Of a stretch of 64,000 bases of DNA, positions 23,399-35,883 are shown in pieces. The stretch is taken from contig OZ037843.1 in NCBI GenBank assembly GCA_964035575.1, forward strand, positions 1,550,001 through 1,614,000, read 5' to 3'. The stretch comes from Rhynchopus sp. YZ270_cl-10. Lineage: Eukaryota. Numbering within the stretch: the stretch's first letter is position 1; each line of letters starts with the position of its first letter. Made by a program: the position numbers and the translations under genes. The notes under the pieces are model-generated. The model did no database searches and was not told the origin of the DNA. It saw nothing but the letters and a program-made list of their open reading frames with translations.

Positions 23399-26034
23399 CA
23401 CGGCGGGGTCCGCACACCCCGAGGGTCCGTAAAACGGCATGTTAGGACACTCCCTCTTTACGGAGTGTCATTACGTACCCTAGGGTACGTAATTACGTAC
23501 CCTAGGGTCCGTAATTACGGACCCTAGGGTCCGTAATTACGGACCCTAGGGTACGTAATTACGGAGCCTCCCAGGGAAAGGGACTCTCGAAAATTTTTTT
23601 TTGCCCCCGTTTAGGGCTAATTTCGACGATTTGAGGCCATTAAAAGCAAAATTTGGCACTTTTGAGCATCTGTGGGGGTCTAAAACGCAGTTTAGAGTAC
23701 CACAATTTTTAGTGGGTTTTACCGAAAACAAGTCAATTTTTGGGCCGAAAAAAAAATTTTTTTGACATCACAAAATTGCCCTTGGTGGGCCTATGTGTCC
23801 TCAATGAAATGCAAATATAGCTATTTTTAACTTTCACACACAATTTTAACGGGTTTTACCTGTGTACCTGTGTATCTGTGTACCTGTGACTGGGTACTGG
23901 GTACTGGGTACTGGGCACCCAGAGAAAGCACCTTAAAAGCAGCGAAGGCGCAGGTTACGGGGAAGACAAGGTATGTAATTATGTTTAACTTTCAGTTACT
24001 AGTGAAGATTGAACAAAAAAATGCCGCATATTTCAACTTGTTCGTGTTTTCAACTCGAAATAAACGCGTAATGTTCACACTATTAAATAGCTATTTTTTT
24101 ACGCACCAATCATTTTGTGTCACCTCATGACATGAAGGAGGAAATAGAAACAAAGCATTTTGAACACACTTGCGGTTCTGGGGACGAACCGCGCTGCAGA
24201 GCCACTCCTCAGGTCGAGGTGTGTGCGTTTCACCACAACCTCTCCCATGGGTTTTATCGTGTGATGAGTGTTACGTTTCTATTTGGTTCCACAGGCGCTC
24301 GTTACCTGCTTCACATAATTCACCTCGCTTCACTCGAACCATTTGTGCAGCAGGTCACTCTCTCGACCTGTAGCGTGGAAAAAATCTATCTTATTTCACG
24401 GCAATAAATAGCCTTTTTTATTAACCTCACCTTTCCCGACTACTACGTTTGTATACCATAACTTAATCACACCCCACATTTACACTTATACAGGATCGTG
24501 AAGTCTGAACTGCACCCGCGATTGCGATGAGAAGCTTCACCGCGGTCCGACATTCAACAACTCAAAATCTACCCGCATCAATCTATTCTGAGTTTGCGGA
24601 CGAAGATCTGGGTGGAGGGGGGTGGGTACACTTAGTCAGTCACTGCTATAGCCATTAACCAAGGGAGCATAGCTAGTGCAAGAAATTCGACTTTGGAAAC
24701 CTTCCGGAAAGTCTGTCCTCTGCTTGCGGAGGACTAGACACAAGAAAATATTGCGTTCCCCCAGAAAACCAGTGCACAATTCACACTCCTTGTGGGTGGT
24801 CTTGTTGCCTTTTTGGTCAACAGTAATTTTGGCCCAGGCATGCTCTTGAAGCATGACAATTTAGTGTGTATGGGGCAGGGTGTTGTTTTGTTCTGAATTC
24901 TCTTTGTTATAACATCTAAGTCAATCGCGGGTGGTGGTTTGTGTAGCGTGAGGCACTCTTTTTAACAAACTTCCTGCGGCTGCTAAAGTGTTATTTCTTC
25001 GGATTTAACAACGTACAGCGTAACATAGTGGATTAGCCTGGTCGACACAACCTTTGATAGCTATGGGATAACCAACCCCCTTCGACCCCTTGTGGGTTCA
25101 CTGAACAAGCCCTCGTGGTAGTTAAACGCGATTGACATTTACATTCCTAAAGATGAAAGAACAAGACAACACTTCTGTACCCGCGCATCAAAATTGTGGA
25201 AAACTTTGCACCCCAAACACCCTCAACAACGCCCGCCAAAAGGCGCCCCTTGTTGCTGGGACTTGGTTCTCATTGATACACTGCACAGCAGGCATTCCTC
25301 TGAGTCCAACGCAGTTTGGCCTGTCTGCAGCGTTGCACCGAAGGTGCACGAAGACAGGGTCTGGTGGTAAATTTTGCGTCTCGCATTCCCTCAGGGAAGT
25401 TTAAAAACTCTTGAGCTCGGTTTGTTGTCAAAGAAATATTCCACCATGTATTGAGGAGGGTAAGACAGTGTTCGCAGTTTCTACTTGATAGCATTACAAC
25501 ATTTAACTTCTCCACGGGGGTCTTGGGCCGTTCACTCGGTTATACCTTGACTACCGGAAGATATTCTTGAGGCCTTTTTGGTCTCTAGAATATCCGGTCT
25601 TCCCGAACGGAGGCACACTTTGTGTGTTACTACGACCTGGCAATTTCCAGCAGTAGGTTAAGTAATCTTTCTTGTAAATTGTTGGATCATTATCTCCTCA
25701 GTGCATGGTGGAAGACGTCTTTGATAACTAACCGAGCTCACGACTTTTTTCGGTATGTAACTTGGGATAGGCCCACATGATCATGGTCTATCATGTGGTA
25801 CCTGTGTACCACTCGGTTTGCTCCCAGGGCTTTTCGACCAGCAGTCACACATCCAAACAGTGATTTCCCACCTTAGACCACGTAATTACGTACCCTAGGG
25901 TCCGTAATTACGGACCCTAGGGTACGTAATTACGGACCCTAGGGTCCGTAATTACGGACCCGGGTCCGCACTTGAGGGTCCGTAAAGAGGGTCCGTAAAA
26001 TTTACGGACCCTCGGGTGTGTGGACCCCGCCGTG
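23399..26034. mobile_element. 2.6-kb TIR element with 22-bp palindromic subterminal arrays and decayed internal coding sequence
   Basis: ta|cacggcggggtcc..gagggtccgtaaa ... tttacggaccctcggg..ggaccccgccgtg|ta. (ccctagggtccgtaattacgga)n arrays at ~23471-23565 and ~25880-25960. Confidence 0.85.
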
Positions 26035-26039
26035 TATAT

Positions 26040-27321
26040 GGGTCAGTCCATAAACCCCCCCCCCCTGAAAGGTAACCTCAGCAACTATTTGGATATTATC
26101 AAATATGTAGTAGGACGTTCTGTTCGATTTTTGTTTTAATGAATCCAGAGTAAAGTTTCTGAATTCATTAAAACAAAAATCGAGCAAAAAGACCGAGTAC
26201 ATATTTGATGGATCACCCCTGAGAGGTAAATAAGTTACCGGTAACCTGAATTACCGGTAATTCCTTAAGGATTCCTTAAGAAACACGGAAAAAAGCAAAA
26301 AAACATCAAAAGAGGGGGTACTTTAATTTATCATTTGGAAGCCCTTCCCACTTTACGCGTTGTTCATTTTTGTCTTTTTTATTCTCAAAAAAATCGGTTC
26401 ATCCAATCGTGCCGGTTGCCGAGAGGCAGACCAGGGTCCTCCTCTTCTGCAATCTCAGGTGCCTTTTTCGTTGTGGTCTTTTCAGAAGAAATCGTGTAAG
26501 CCACCTCCACAAATTCTTGCGGATGGGAGAGCATGGAAGCAAGCACAGTTTTTTCTGTATTCCTTTGCCAACAAAAAAGAGCAGTGAAGAAGTTGCACTC
26601 TACACGGGTTATAGTGTATTGTGTTGAGTCCTTCAACTTCAACGCAATGCCAGTTGTATGAGCAATGTTGGACAGGTGTAAGGCAACATCATCTACTGTA
26701 ACAAGCTTCGTAACGACGATATCCTCCAAATGTCTGGACACGACTCCAAAATGGAAGTCCCGCCCATCTTTCCCGTGTTTTTCACAAAAATAGTTAGCAG
26801 TAACGGGTTTTGTACAAAACTTGAAAGGAGAAAATGCAAAAGTTCTTTGGACTGGAAGTGCCTCCCGACATCAGCCCACACAATTATGAAAACGAAAAGG
26901 CACCTGAGATTGCAGAAGAGGAGGACCCTGGTCTGCCTCTCGGCAACCGGCACGATTGGATGAACCGATTTTTTTGAGAATAAAAAAGACAAAAATGAAC
27001 AACGCGTAAAGTGGGAAGGGTTTCCAAATGATAAATTAAAGTACCCCCTCTTTTGATGTTTTTTTGCTTTTTTCCGTGTTTCTTAAGGAATCCTTAAGGA
27101 ATTACCGGTAATTCAGGTTACCGGTAACTTATTTACCTCTCAGGGGTGATCCATCAAATATGTACTCGGTCTTTTTGCTCGATTTTTGTTTTAATGAATT
27201 CAGAAACTTTACTCTGGATTCATTAAAACAAAAATCGAACAGAACGTCCTACTACATATTTGATAATATCCAAATAGTTGCTGAGGTTACCTTTCAGGGG
27301 GGGGGGTTTATGGACTGAGCC
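26040..27321. mobile_element. Foldback element with ~430-bp near-perfect arms, ATAT TSD, and a Sola-like transposase remnant in the loop (minus strand)
   Basis: Arms 26040-~26470 and ~26891-27321. The minus strand reads IIVWADVGRHF, then after a frameshift NYFCEKHGKDGRDFHFG. Confidence 0.85.
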
Positions 27322-27325
27322 ATAT

Positions 27326-28245
27326 CACTCATTCTCCGAAACTGCGTATCACTTGTGACCAACCATGGAGCCAATTTAAAGTGACTATTTTTTCACTAAA
27401 AAAATTCTCCGACCCCGGAATTTTTTCAGATCGCTCCGGAAATGCCATTCCGCGCCTTTTTGCAAAAAAATATTGCACCCTGAGGTCATTAAATGTCTGT
27501 GTGAGTTGACGGGCGGATCCTACTAATTTCTCGCGCCCCAGAAAAAAAAAATTTTTTTTATTTTGAAAGATCGGGTGTGAAAACGTTCAATTCCGGGGTC
27601 GGACGATTTTTTTTATGCCTCTCTTCATGTCGCAAAGGATTTTGGGAGAGGGGGACGTTTTCAGGTATTCCCTATACTTTCCTAAGAGATCAGGTTAGAA
27701 ACCCCTTTTTGGGTGGTCTTCGGTGACTTATTCCACTAAAAACGTTTTTATCAAAAGTTGCCGATTTTTTTTTCTTTGGAATTATTTTCAACAATTCTCT
27801 CAATTCTGACGATTTTTTTCCGCCGGAAAAATACTATATGTCAGCCAGGTTTCGGTGGAGCCAACCCCATTTTTACACCCAAATTGCACCCGAATTGCCC
27901 TATATATGGGTATTATACAATGGAGCCAATTTAATTTAATAGTTTTTTGACTAAAATGCTCGATTTTTTTTTCTTTGAAAAGTTTGGAGTCCGGAAACAC
28001 TATTCCGCGTATTTTCAGAAAAAAATATGCATCTGTCCTTTTCTCACCTGTTGCTGAGAGTGGGAGGTAAAAACTCTCGCGGTGATTTCAGAAAAAAGAT
28101 TTTTTTTATTTTTTTTGAGATTTTTATTTTTTTTGAAAGCGCGGTTTCGAAACGTTCAATTCCGGGGTCGGACGATAAAAAATATGCATCTGGGTCGAGT
28201 GAGTGAAAAATCTGAAAAATGATACGCAATTTCGGAGAATGAGTG
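27326..28245. mobile_element. MITE with ATAT TSD
   Basis: atat|cactcattctccgaaactgcgtatca ... tgatacgcaatttcggagaatgagtg|atat. Confidence 0.85.
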
Positions 28246-28424
28246 ATATATGTTTTATTGTGAACATTTTACCTTATCAATGATGCTCTCTCATGTAGAG
28301 TAGCTTTTCTGGTGGCTGTCGCGTGGTGCAGCGGGAAACCCGTAGGCGAACCCACAAGAGAACCTTGGGGAACTTTGCTGACCCCGCACCGCCGTTTATA
28401 ATAATTTTGGGCTAAATAGGACTA

Positions 28425-29117
28425 AAGGGGGGGCCCAAATAAGTTTACCCCCAAATAATAGCTATTTTCCCAAATAACTTTTTTTTTTCTCAGATTTTGG
28501 GTGCCGAAAAAGTTACCGAATAACTTCGCCCCCTCTCACCTCCTTTTTTATTTTTCAAAATTTCCCCCCAAACTGATAGTGTACTATATAAAATGGCGCC
28601 GCAGGCGAAAAAATTTTATGGTACGGTGTAAAAAGCTAGTTTTTTACACCACAGATATATTCATCTAGGCGGCAGCCATGCTGGAGAAGGAAGTCTGGGG
28701 CGAAACAGATTTAAAGCAGCATCATCATTCGGGCGGTCGGGTCTTCTGGGGTCTTTACCAAACTACAAAACAGGAAAACAGAAAATAAGAGTTGACCCTC
28801 CCGCCGACTCCCGACTTTTGGACCCCCAACCCCCGACCTCTGGTGCTGTCCTGCTACTGTGTACTATGAGGAAATTTGATCAAAAACGAGAACTTGTCCA
28901 TTTTGGCAAATTGACCCCACCACTGGCCGGACGGATTCCAAAAATGCAAATACCGGTGTCTAAAAGCTCCACCAAGTTGGCAACGAGAAAAAACCCTGTT
29001 TTCAGTGCCCAAATAAGTTTACCCCCAAATAACTTAGGTTCCAAATAACTTTTTTTTTTTGCCGCGATTTTGGCTTTTCAAAGTTACCGAATAATATAGT
29101 TATTTGGACCCCCCCTT
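28425..29117. mobile_element. MITE, probable TA TSD
   Basis: ta|aagggggggcccaaata ... tatttggaccccccctt|ta. Confidence 0.65.
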
Positions 29118-30147
29118 TACATTTTAGACTTTTTTTTCGGGGGTGAAAATCAATTGAAAATCCCTATTTTTAGTCCAAATATTGTTATAGGCAAAATATC
29201 CCCTTTCTGCCCCTCATCCTTCCGTCCTCTCTCTCCTCCCCACACCCCCCCTGGTTCTTTTTTTCTCTCCGTCGCCACTTTCCGATTTAAGTTATCTTCC
29301 TCTCTTTCTTTCGACTATCAGGTCCCTTCCCTCTCAATGCCTTAGAACTGTCTTTCTCATATCAAAGAAATACAAAAAAAGGCATTTTTGCGTGTTTTGC
29401 TATTTATTTATTTTCTAATCTTTCTGGGGCGGGTTGGAAGTAGAGTCACACTTCACCGACAGGCCCAGGTGTGTGCGTTTCACCACAACCTCTCCCTTTT
29501 GTCTTTATTGTTTTATTGTTTGCGGGGGTGGAGGAAACACAATAAAAGGAAAAATAGGAGTGCGGTTTCAATTTCTCATGAGGCAGCTACATGCTTAAAA
29601 GCATCGTGTGTGCTAATACAGAAAGTATTAGCCAAGGCTGTCCTTAGTCGCAATGAAACGCAAATTCGCCACGTGGATGTGGACTCTCTTATGACTGAAG
29701 TTTTCATCATTGTACTAACCCAGGGAGGGGTTCCCGGCTACCGGCTATGGTCTCTTCCAATCCGTACCCCAGTTTCCTAGGGGGGCCTCATGGCTTCATT
29801 GGCTAGGGTCTCCAGGAGGTCCCCTACACACATGTAGTGTGCCTGCCTTCACGGAGTATGTCTGATCCCTTGCCAACAAGGTGCTTATTGTAGTGGCTTG
29901 GTGCGGCCCAACCCCAGAGCCCTAACGATACCCCTGTTGTGTGGAGCACCCCTCAAAAAAGGGGTGCCGTATTGTCACCCAAAAAGCAACGACCCATACC
30001 CGAGAGGTAGGTACCTCTCCCCGGGGAAGGTACGACACAACAAAGTGCGACCCACCCGTCGAGATAAAAACCCACCCTTTCTTTGGGCTGCTTCCCCGCT
30101 CCCGAAGGAGAAATCGGAATGCGATTATGTCTCGCACAGAAGAACAG

Positions 30148-30214
30148 AGTGCTGGGCGTGTTGTAGATTATTTCTACAGGGTTCCAGGAGCGTGGGTCCC
30201 CCCCCATATCCCCG
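30148..30214 (+). mobile_element. Decayed micro-fragment of Helitron/Helentron Rep HUH motif
   Basis: GRVVDYFYR followed by a frameshifted FQERGSPPI, homologous to 35836-35883. Confidence 0.55.
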
Positions 30215-30725
30215 TTTTTAGCAATCACTTGTTATTTTTTTTATATATCCACATTCCACCATACGTTTTGTTTTAGTTTTTAGATGTGCACGCACGGTGA
30301 GGTGCGTGATAGTGGAGCTCATCCTCAGGTGTCTCCACTGATGCCGAGGTTTTCAAAAATAAAAAATCCCCTCCTCTTTTTTTGCTACTGACACTTGAAC
30401 ACTACTTGGTCTCGGTCTCATCAGCTTCATTTTCAGTGTTTTTCATCAAACACAAGACCGGCAAAATGTCTGACCAGACAGAGCCTTCTCTCCCAATAAA
30501 AAGGTCCACTGATTTGCCCTATTTTCTGCCACACTCTTATTTTGATTAAGGTACGGACCTAAACCTACTCGTCACTTCCTGAGGGTGCATACGATGCGTT
30601 TGAACATGAGGAGCAACTGCTTAGAGGTACTTTGTCGTCTGTCACGGATATGGTCGGATGAGAATTGCCTGATTCTACTTGCACCACTCCACTCCCACAA
30701 CAGAAAAAACACACAAAAAACACCA

Positions 30726-31512
30726 ATGGAACTCAACATCGAGGGATTTGATGGCAAGAAGTATGTGGTCGATGTGGATGTGGATGACACAGCGAAGGAC
30801 CTGCGGCAGAAGGTGGCAGCTACAACGGGGTTTTGCTGAAGACAGCTTTGACATGGGCTTTGGAAGGGACGACGAAGGAGAGGACATCAACATCACAGCG
30901 CTGAGTGCTGGGGACACAGTCGTATTGACGCAGAAAAATCGGTACAAAGCCATTGCAGCTCTTCGTGCATTGGGTGAGACAGCGGGGCTTGCGCGTGTGG
31001 AAGACCCCGAGGTAGTGCGGTTGTTTCTGCAGGCAGAACTTGTAACTGTGATTCCGTGCAAGTTCCTGGCAGGTACTAATTTACGTAGCCTTGATCTGAG
31101 TGTCCCGTTGGCTATTACTGCGATTGATGACAAATTCTTACAGAAGTGTTCATCGTTGGAATCAATTGACTTCTCTGGGTTGCGCAACGTCACGAAAATA
31201 GGTCAGTACTTCCTGTACGCCTGCAAGTCATTGCACACTTTTGAGCCATTCAACTTTGTGGGTTTGAGCAGTGTCACAAGCATCGGGAATCGCTTCTTAT
31301 CAAGTTGCACAGCGTTAGCCTCCATTGAATTTTCAGGATTGAGCAATGTCACAAGCCTTGGGGACTACTTCTTGTCAGATGCCGAGTCGTTAACCTCTAT
31401 CGACTTTGCAGGACTGAGTGGTGTGACACGAACTGGGAGCACATTTCTTGAAGGTTGCACTTCTTTAGAAACATACGACTTTCCAGCATTGAGAGCTATT
31501 CAGGACAGGTAG
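30726..31512 (+). pseudogene. Ubiquitin-like domain + BspA-type leucine-rich repeat protein with one frameshift
   Basis: MELNIEGFDGKKYVVDVDVDDTAKDLRQKVA (Ubl N-terminus) continues in the +1 frame after ggggtttt (~30827-30834) as GFAEDSFDMGF..LSAGDTVVL. LRRs follow (LESIDFSGLRNVTKIGQYFL-type). Confidence 0.75.
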
Positions 31513-32156
31513 AATCTCTGAGGTTCGATGACCACGTGGAACCAATGCCCTGCGTCCGCCGATGAACGGTGAGGCGTGTGCACTTTCAACTTCTCTTTTT
31601 AATGCTTTGGGAAGGCCTGTTTTTCTATTTATTGTGGGTTAGTAAGGGAATGTGTCTCAGTCCCCACACGCTGCACGCATGTGCGTCCCATCGCAAACCC
31701 CCACCTCGTTTTGTGTTCTGTTTCTCCCATACTCAGCCCTTTATGGCTGATTTCAGGTTGTGAGACCAGCTAGACTAGGGAAGTTGCCATGCCCCGTTAA
31801 ATGGCCCCCTTTCGTGTTGCTGGTTTTAACAGGAAAGGGTCGGGCACACCCATACTGTAAACTTGTTTAAGTAGCTTTGCTACGCCAGGGGGGTCTCTGG
31901 GGTAAAATATATCGCGAACAAGACAGTCTTCTCCCCTTTGTTTCTTATATTTTTGCTTACACAGAAACTGACCTTGATTAGCCAACGGTAAATTTGTCCT
32001 CACACTTTCCTTTTGAATCATCACCCTCACCCAACTATGACATGCCACACCACCCAGGGTACGAGCCTAAAAGGCTTCCTAAAACGGCTGCGGTCAACGA
32101 AATTTATTTTATCACACCAGCATCACACATCACGTCCCGTGCGCACAAACAACATT

Positions 32157-34175
32157 ATGGCCGACCCCGACCGTGACCCCGCCAACCTGGAGTGCGTCGA
32201 CATTGAGATGACTTCAGCGTCTGTGGACAGCGTGTCCACGCAACCCGTGTTCGTGATAGCACACCCCACACACGAACGCCCTATAATAACTACTGAGATG
32301 AGGGAGGAGAGGCCGGGACTGGCCACCGTGGTGTTCGCTCTGTGGCTTGCCTGTCCGTGTGTGCTGGCTGCGTACCTGAAGGACTATGAGTACTTATATG
32401 AAGACAACGTCGAAGTGTCAGCGTTGACAGGGGATGTGAACGACACGAATACAACAGTGCCCCTATGGCGTGTGCAGTGCTCTGACGAGGCTCTCAACAC
32501 AACGGACGGGACACGCTTCGACATGCCGGGTGGGGAGTGTTCCACGGATCTGCGTTGGTGCTTCTACGTCTGCTTGTGCATGATTGGCGTTCGTGTGGCG
32601 ACTGTATTTGCGAAGGCCCATCCCCACATCACCTGGAACTGTCTTGTCGTTTCCGACGTTCTTGCTATCAGCGTTTTCTGCGCCATAATAATTGCAGAAC
32701 AATCGCGTGGCGAAGACGCGAAACCATTTACATTTCCAGTCGAGGGTGTGCAGTCGAACATACCGGGTGTTGTGTTGGTTGCCGCGAGGATCAACATGGT
32801 AGTGTCTGTGGCGGTTTCTGCCGCAGTTTTATGGAGCAAGTCACTGTCTATGTGCCTTAATTACATCCTTTTGTTGGTGCTATTCATAATGTCCTTCATC
32901 TACCCTTCTGTTGTGAATGCTTTGCTCAGTATGCAAGCGTACAGCTACCTTGCCTTCTATGCTGTGTTGGAAGTAATAAAGCTTCTTTGTATGGTCCGCG
33001 TTAAAAAGCGCTCTAATGTAGCATGGGTTTGCGGAAGAAGGTTTGAGCTGCCTGCGGTACTTGTGGGCGACCCCGTGGGGATATGTGAGCTGTGCGCACT
33101 GTGCGACTTTGTGGCCTACTCCGTTGCTGTGCTGCTGCTGGGGCCTGAGGAGGAGCGGCACCGCTTCTTCTACTTCGACCCTGTCACTATGAGTATGTTC
33201 CAAGGCGTCGTGCTGTTTCTCTGCCTTACTTACAAGGACCAGACCACACCGAAGTCACAGATGGCTGCATGGCCAAAACTGGAAGACGTACTAACGCACT
33301 GCTCAGGTCGCGACTTAGCTCACAACATGAGCACTGCCAGCGAAGGGTACTTGACTGACGAGGGGGATGATGTGCCCGTAGGGGAAGGAGAAGGGGTGAA
33401 TGTGTTTGTGACGTTGATGCGCCGGGAGAAGGTACGTGTGCACGTTGGTGTGGACGACACACTTGGGGACATGTGCAGCAAGGCACGGCACGCATTTTTA
33501 CCTCACACCACGGACTCTGCGCCTGTGCAGGTGAAGCTGCTTATGGACGGGTGTGCGTTGGAAGGGGACAGGAACACACCTGTGGCGAACCTGCCGGTCG
33601 AGGAGGGCTGCAACGTGGAGGTGCGCGTGCGTAAGAACGAGCCGCGCGAGGACCACTGTGAATGTGCGCGGACGGGCATAGCTTTCGGGATCCTCAGGTC
33701 TGTGCATGTTGTGGAAAAGATTGTTGCTGGAGACCTCGCGAGCGACGAGGTGAGAAGCATGGTGGACGAGTGCAACACAGAGCCTGCGGGGATGTGGCGG
33801 TATGTGCTGCCCTTTGTTGGGGCGCCTCACTTCCTGACGTGTGCGTTGATCGAACATGGCTGCAACGTATCTGACTTCGTGTATGTGCAGCGGGGACTAC
33901 GCGCGATGAAAGTGTGGAAATGTGTGTACGTGGTGATGGTGGTGTTCATGGTGGCACTGCACGCAACAAGGGGCGTTGAGTACGGACCGCGAAACTCTGG
34001 GTGGGTATTCCTTGCCTTCCTCCTCCCTGCCAGTGTGGCGATTGCATACGACATTGAGCCTCCGTCTCTGCGGGCGGTGCTTGCTGCCCAGAAGAAGTCA
34101 ACAACCGTACCCTTGCGACATGCCACTCACCTCCTGAACACCGATGTGGCTAACCCGTTGCTGGAGCACAGTTGA
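32157..34175 (+). CDS. Multi-pass membrane protein with an internal ubiquitin-like domain
   Basis: About 9-10 hydrophobic segments. Ubl-like VNVFVTLMRREKVRVHVGVDDTLGDM..VKLLMDGCALEGDRNTPVANLPVEEGCNVEVRV. The start at ATG 32157 follows a CA-rich tract. Confidence 0.75.
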   Translation: MADPDRDPANLECVDIEMTSASVDSVSTQPVFVIAHPTHERPIITTEMREERPGLATVVFALWLACPCVLAAYLKDYEYLYEDNVEVSALTGDVNDTNTTVPLWRVQCSDEALNTTDGTRFDMPGGECSTDLRWCFYVCLCMIGVRVATVFAKAHPHITWNCLVVSDVLAISVFCAIIIAEQSRGEDAKPFTFPVEGVQSNIPGVVLVAARINMVVSVAVSAAVLWSKSLSMCLNYILLLVLFIMSFIYPSVVNALLSMQAYSYLAFYAVLEVIKLLCMVRVKKRSNVAWVCGRRFELPAVLVGDPVGICELCALCDFVAYSVAVLLLGPEEERHRFFYFDPVTMSMFQGVVLFLCLTYKDQTTPKSQMAAWPKLEDVLTHCSGRDLAHNMSTASEGYLTDEGDDVPVGEGEGVNVFVTLMRREKVRVHVGVDDTLGDMCSKARHAFLPHTTDSAPVQVKLLMDGCALEGDRNTPVANLPVEEGCNVEVRVRKNEPREDHCECARTGIAFGILRSVHVVEKIVAGDLASDEVRSMVDECNTEPAGMWRYVLPFVGAPHFLTCALIEHGCNVSDFVYVQRGLRAMKVWKCVYVVMVVFMVALHATRGVEYGPRNSGWVFLAFLLPASVAIAYDIEPPSLRAVLAAQKKSTTVPLRHATHLLNTDVANPLLEHS

Positions 34176-35835
34176 CTCTTCTCTTTCTTGGTCACCACCC
34201 CCCAGGTAACAACAGAGACATAAACAAAGTCACGCACCTCAACCTGTTGGTGAAGTGTGGCTCTGACAAAAAAAGGATGTCGAACTCATAACAGGAAAAT
34301 GTTTCTCGTGCAAAGTGCACTTTTACTTAAAAATAGAAAGGACAAGAGGAGGTATCAGAGAAGCTACTGTGTGTGTCTTCATCTTTGTTTCGTTGTTTGC
34401 CATTCAATACAACATTTTATTTTTGGGGATATGCAAAATACAAGGAAAGTTTCTGTCGCGATGAAGGGGATAAGCATCCCTCACCAGTTCTTTTTACCCC
34501 CTAGCAACCCAACCCCCCCTCCTATGGACAGCCCCTCCCATCCCATGTCTGTGCTCCGCACCAGTCCACAAACTTCACAGAATTCTACAAGACATGTTCA
34601 CAACAATCAAACGGGACGATTTGGGTTTTTCTGTACTTCAATGATAATACAAGTCATGATCACAACAACCAAAGGGAAGAGACGAGTTGGGTAGAGTCGA
34701 ACAACACGGTGTTTTAAAAAGGGGGGTAAACAGGGTACCACGGGTAGAAGAGAAGAAAGGTTAATACAAGGTAAATACGAGTAGATGGGAGCTAGGTCAA
34801 CAGGGTTACTATAGCAGGTGAACAGAGTACCACGGGATGACAAGAAAACAGGTAAAAAGGGTGAGAACGGATAGAGGGGAGTGATGGGCATAACCAGGGA
34901 CAAGATAAGAGAAACAACAGAGGGAGTGGGGGAAAATCATGAAGTACAGAACGAGGTCACTGTGGAACTGGTGTGGATGCTTCAACGCAACACGATACTT
35001 AACAACACGAAGAGACACAAGTAACTTTTTTGGAATAAACTTGTGGAAACCAGCGCACCTGTTGCTCCGCGATAACGAATGTGATCAAGGTGACTCACAC
35101 AGAGAGGCTTAGGATCATCTAAAAAACCTTTTATTGTTTTTGGTACGCTGTCGCGTGAAGGCTTTGTATTTCAAGTCAACTTTGTTTTGCAGCGGGCTGG
35201 GAGGGAGCCTGTGATCGGTTTGCCACTTCCCAGTGTAGGTTTGCCACTTAGACGCGCCAGTTTGTGACGGCGATTGCGTTCTTGCAAAATATTTCCGTCA
35301 GTCACCCGGTTCTGGGACTCGCCAATTTATTGTACTTACAACGAAACCAACATGTCAAAGGTAGGTGAGGAAGGGTTCTCTCATCGGGTATTCTTATATT
35401 CTTTCCCGGGACCCCCCCCCAGTTCTCATTCTTCTTCTTGTCTGAACACATTTCGATAACCACCGCGGGTTATTGTTTTGCATCTTCAACTTCACCTTTC
35501 CACAACCTTCCTTCACCTCATCGCATACCTGCAGAAGAGCAGAGTGCTGGGCCCTGGCAGCAGGGTAAGTCTTCAGCAGTACCGTGCACATCGCGAGGCA
35601 TGTTTTCATATTTTTCCACCTGATTTTGCCTGAACATTGGTGTGTTACGTAGTTTTAACATACAAACTCACACCAAACTCCACCAAATTTCAGGCAAAAT
35701 CAAGTGCATGGTTTTTTCACTTCTATTTTCGCTTTTTTCATTTTTTCACAGTGTGAAAAAGTGGGCGCTGGATCACCTCACTGTTGTTTTAACATTTGGT
35801 ATGTTTTGTTAACACAGAAAGTGCATAAGTGTCGT

Positions 35836-35883
35836 TATTTCTACAGGGTGGAGTTCCAGGATCGTGGGTCCCCCCATATCCAC
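35836..35883 (+). mobile_element. Micro-fragment of Helitron/Helentron Rep HUH motif
   Basis: Translates as YFYRVEFQDRGSPHIH, matching the Helitron Rep motif VEFQxRGxPHxH. Confidence 0.75.

Noticed and set aside
34600..35020. Purine-rich stretch and 29720-30110 as possible retroelement remnants
   Set aside because: Composition is suggestive, but I could identify no diagnostic motif or boundary.
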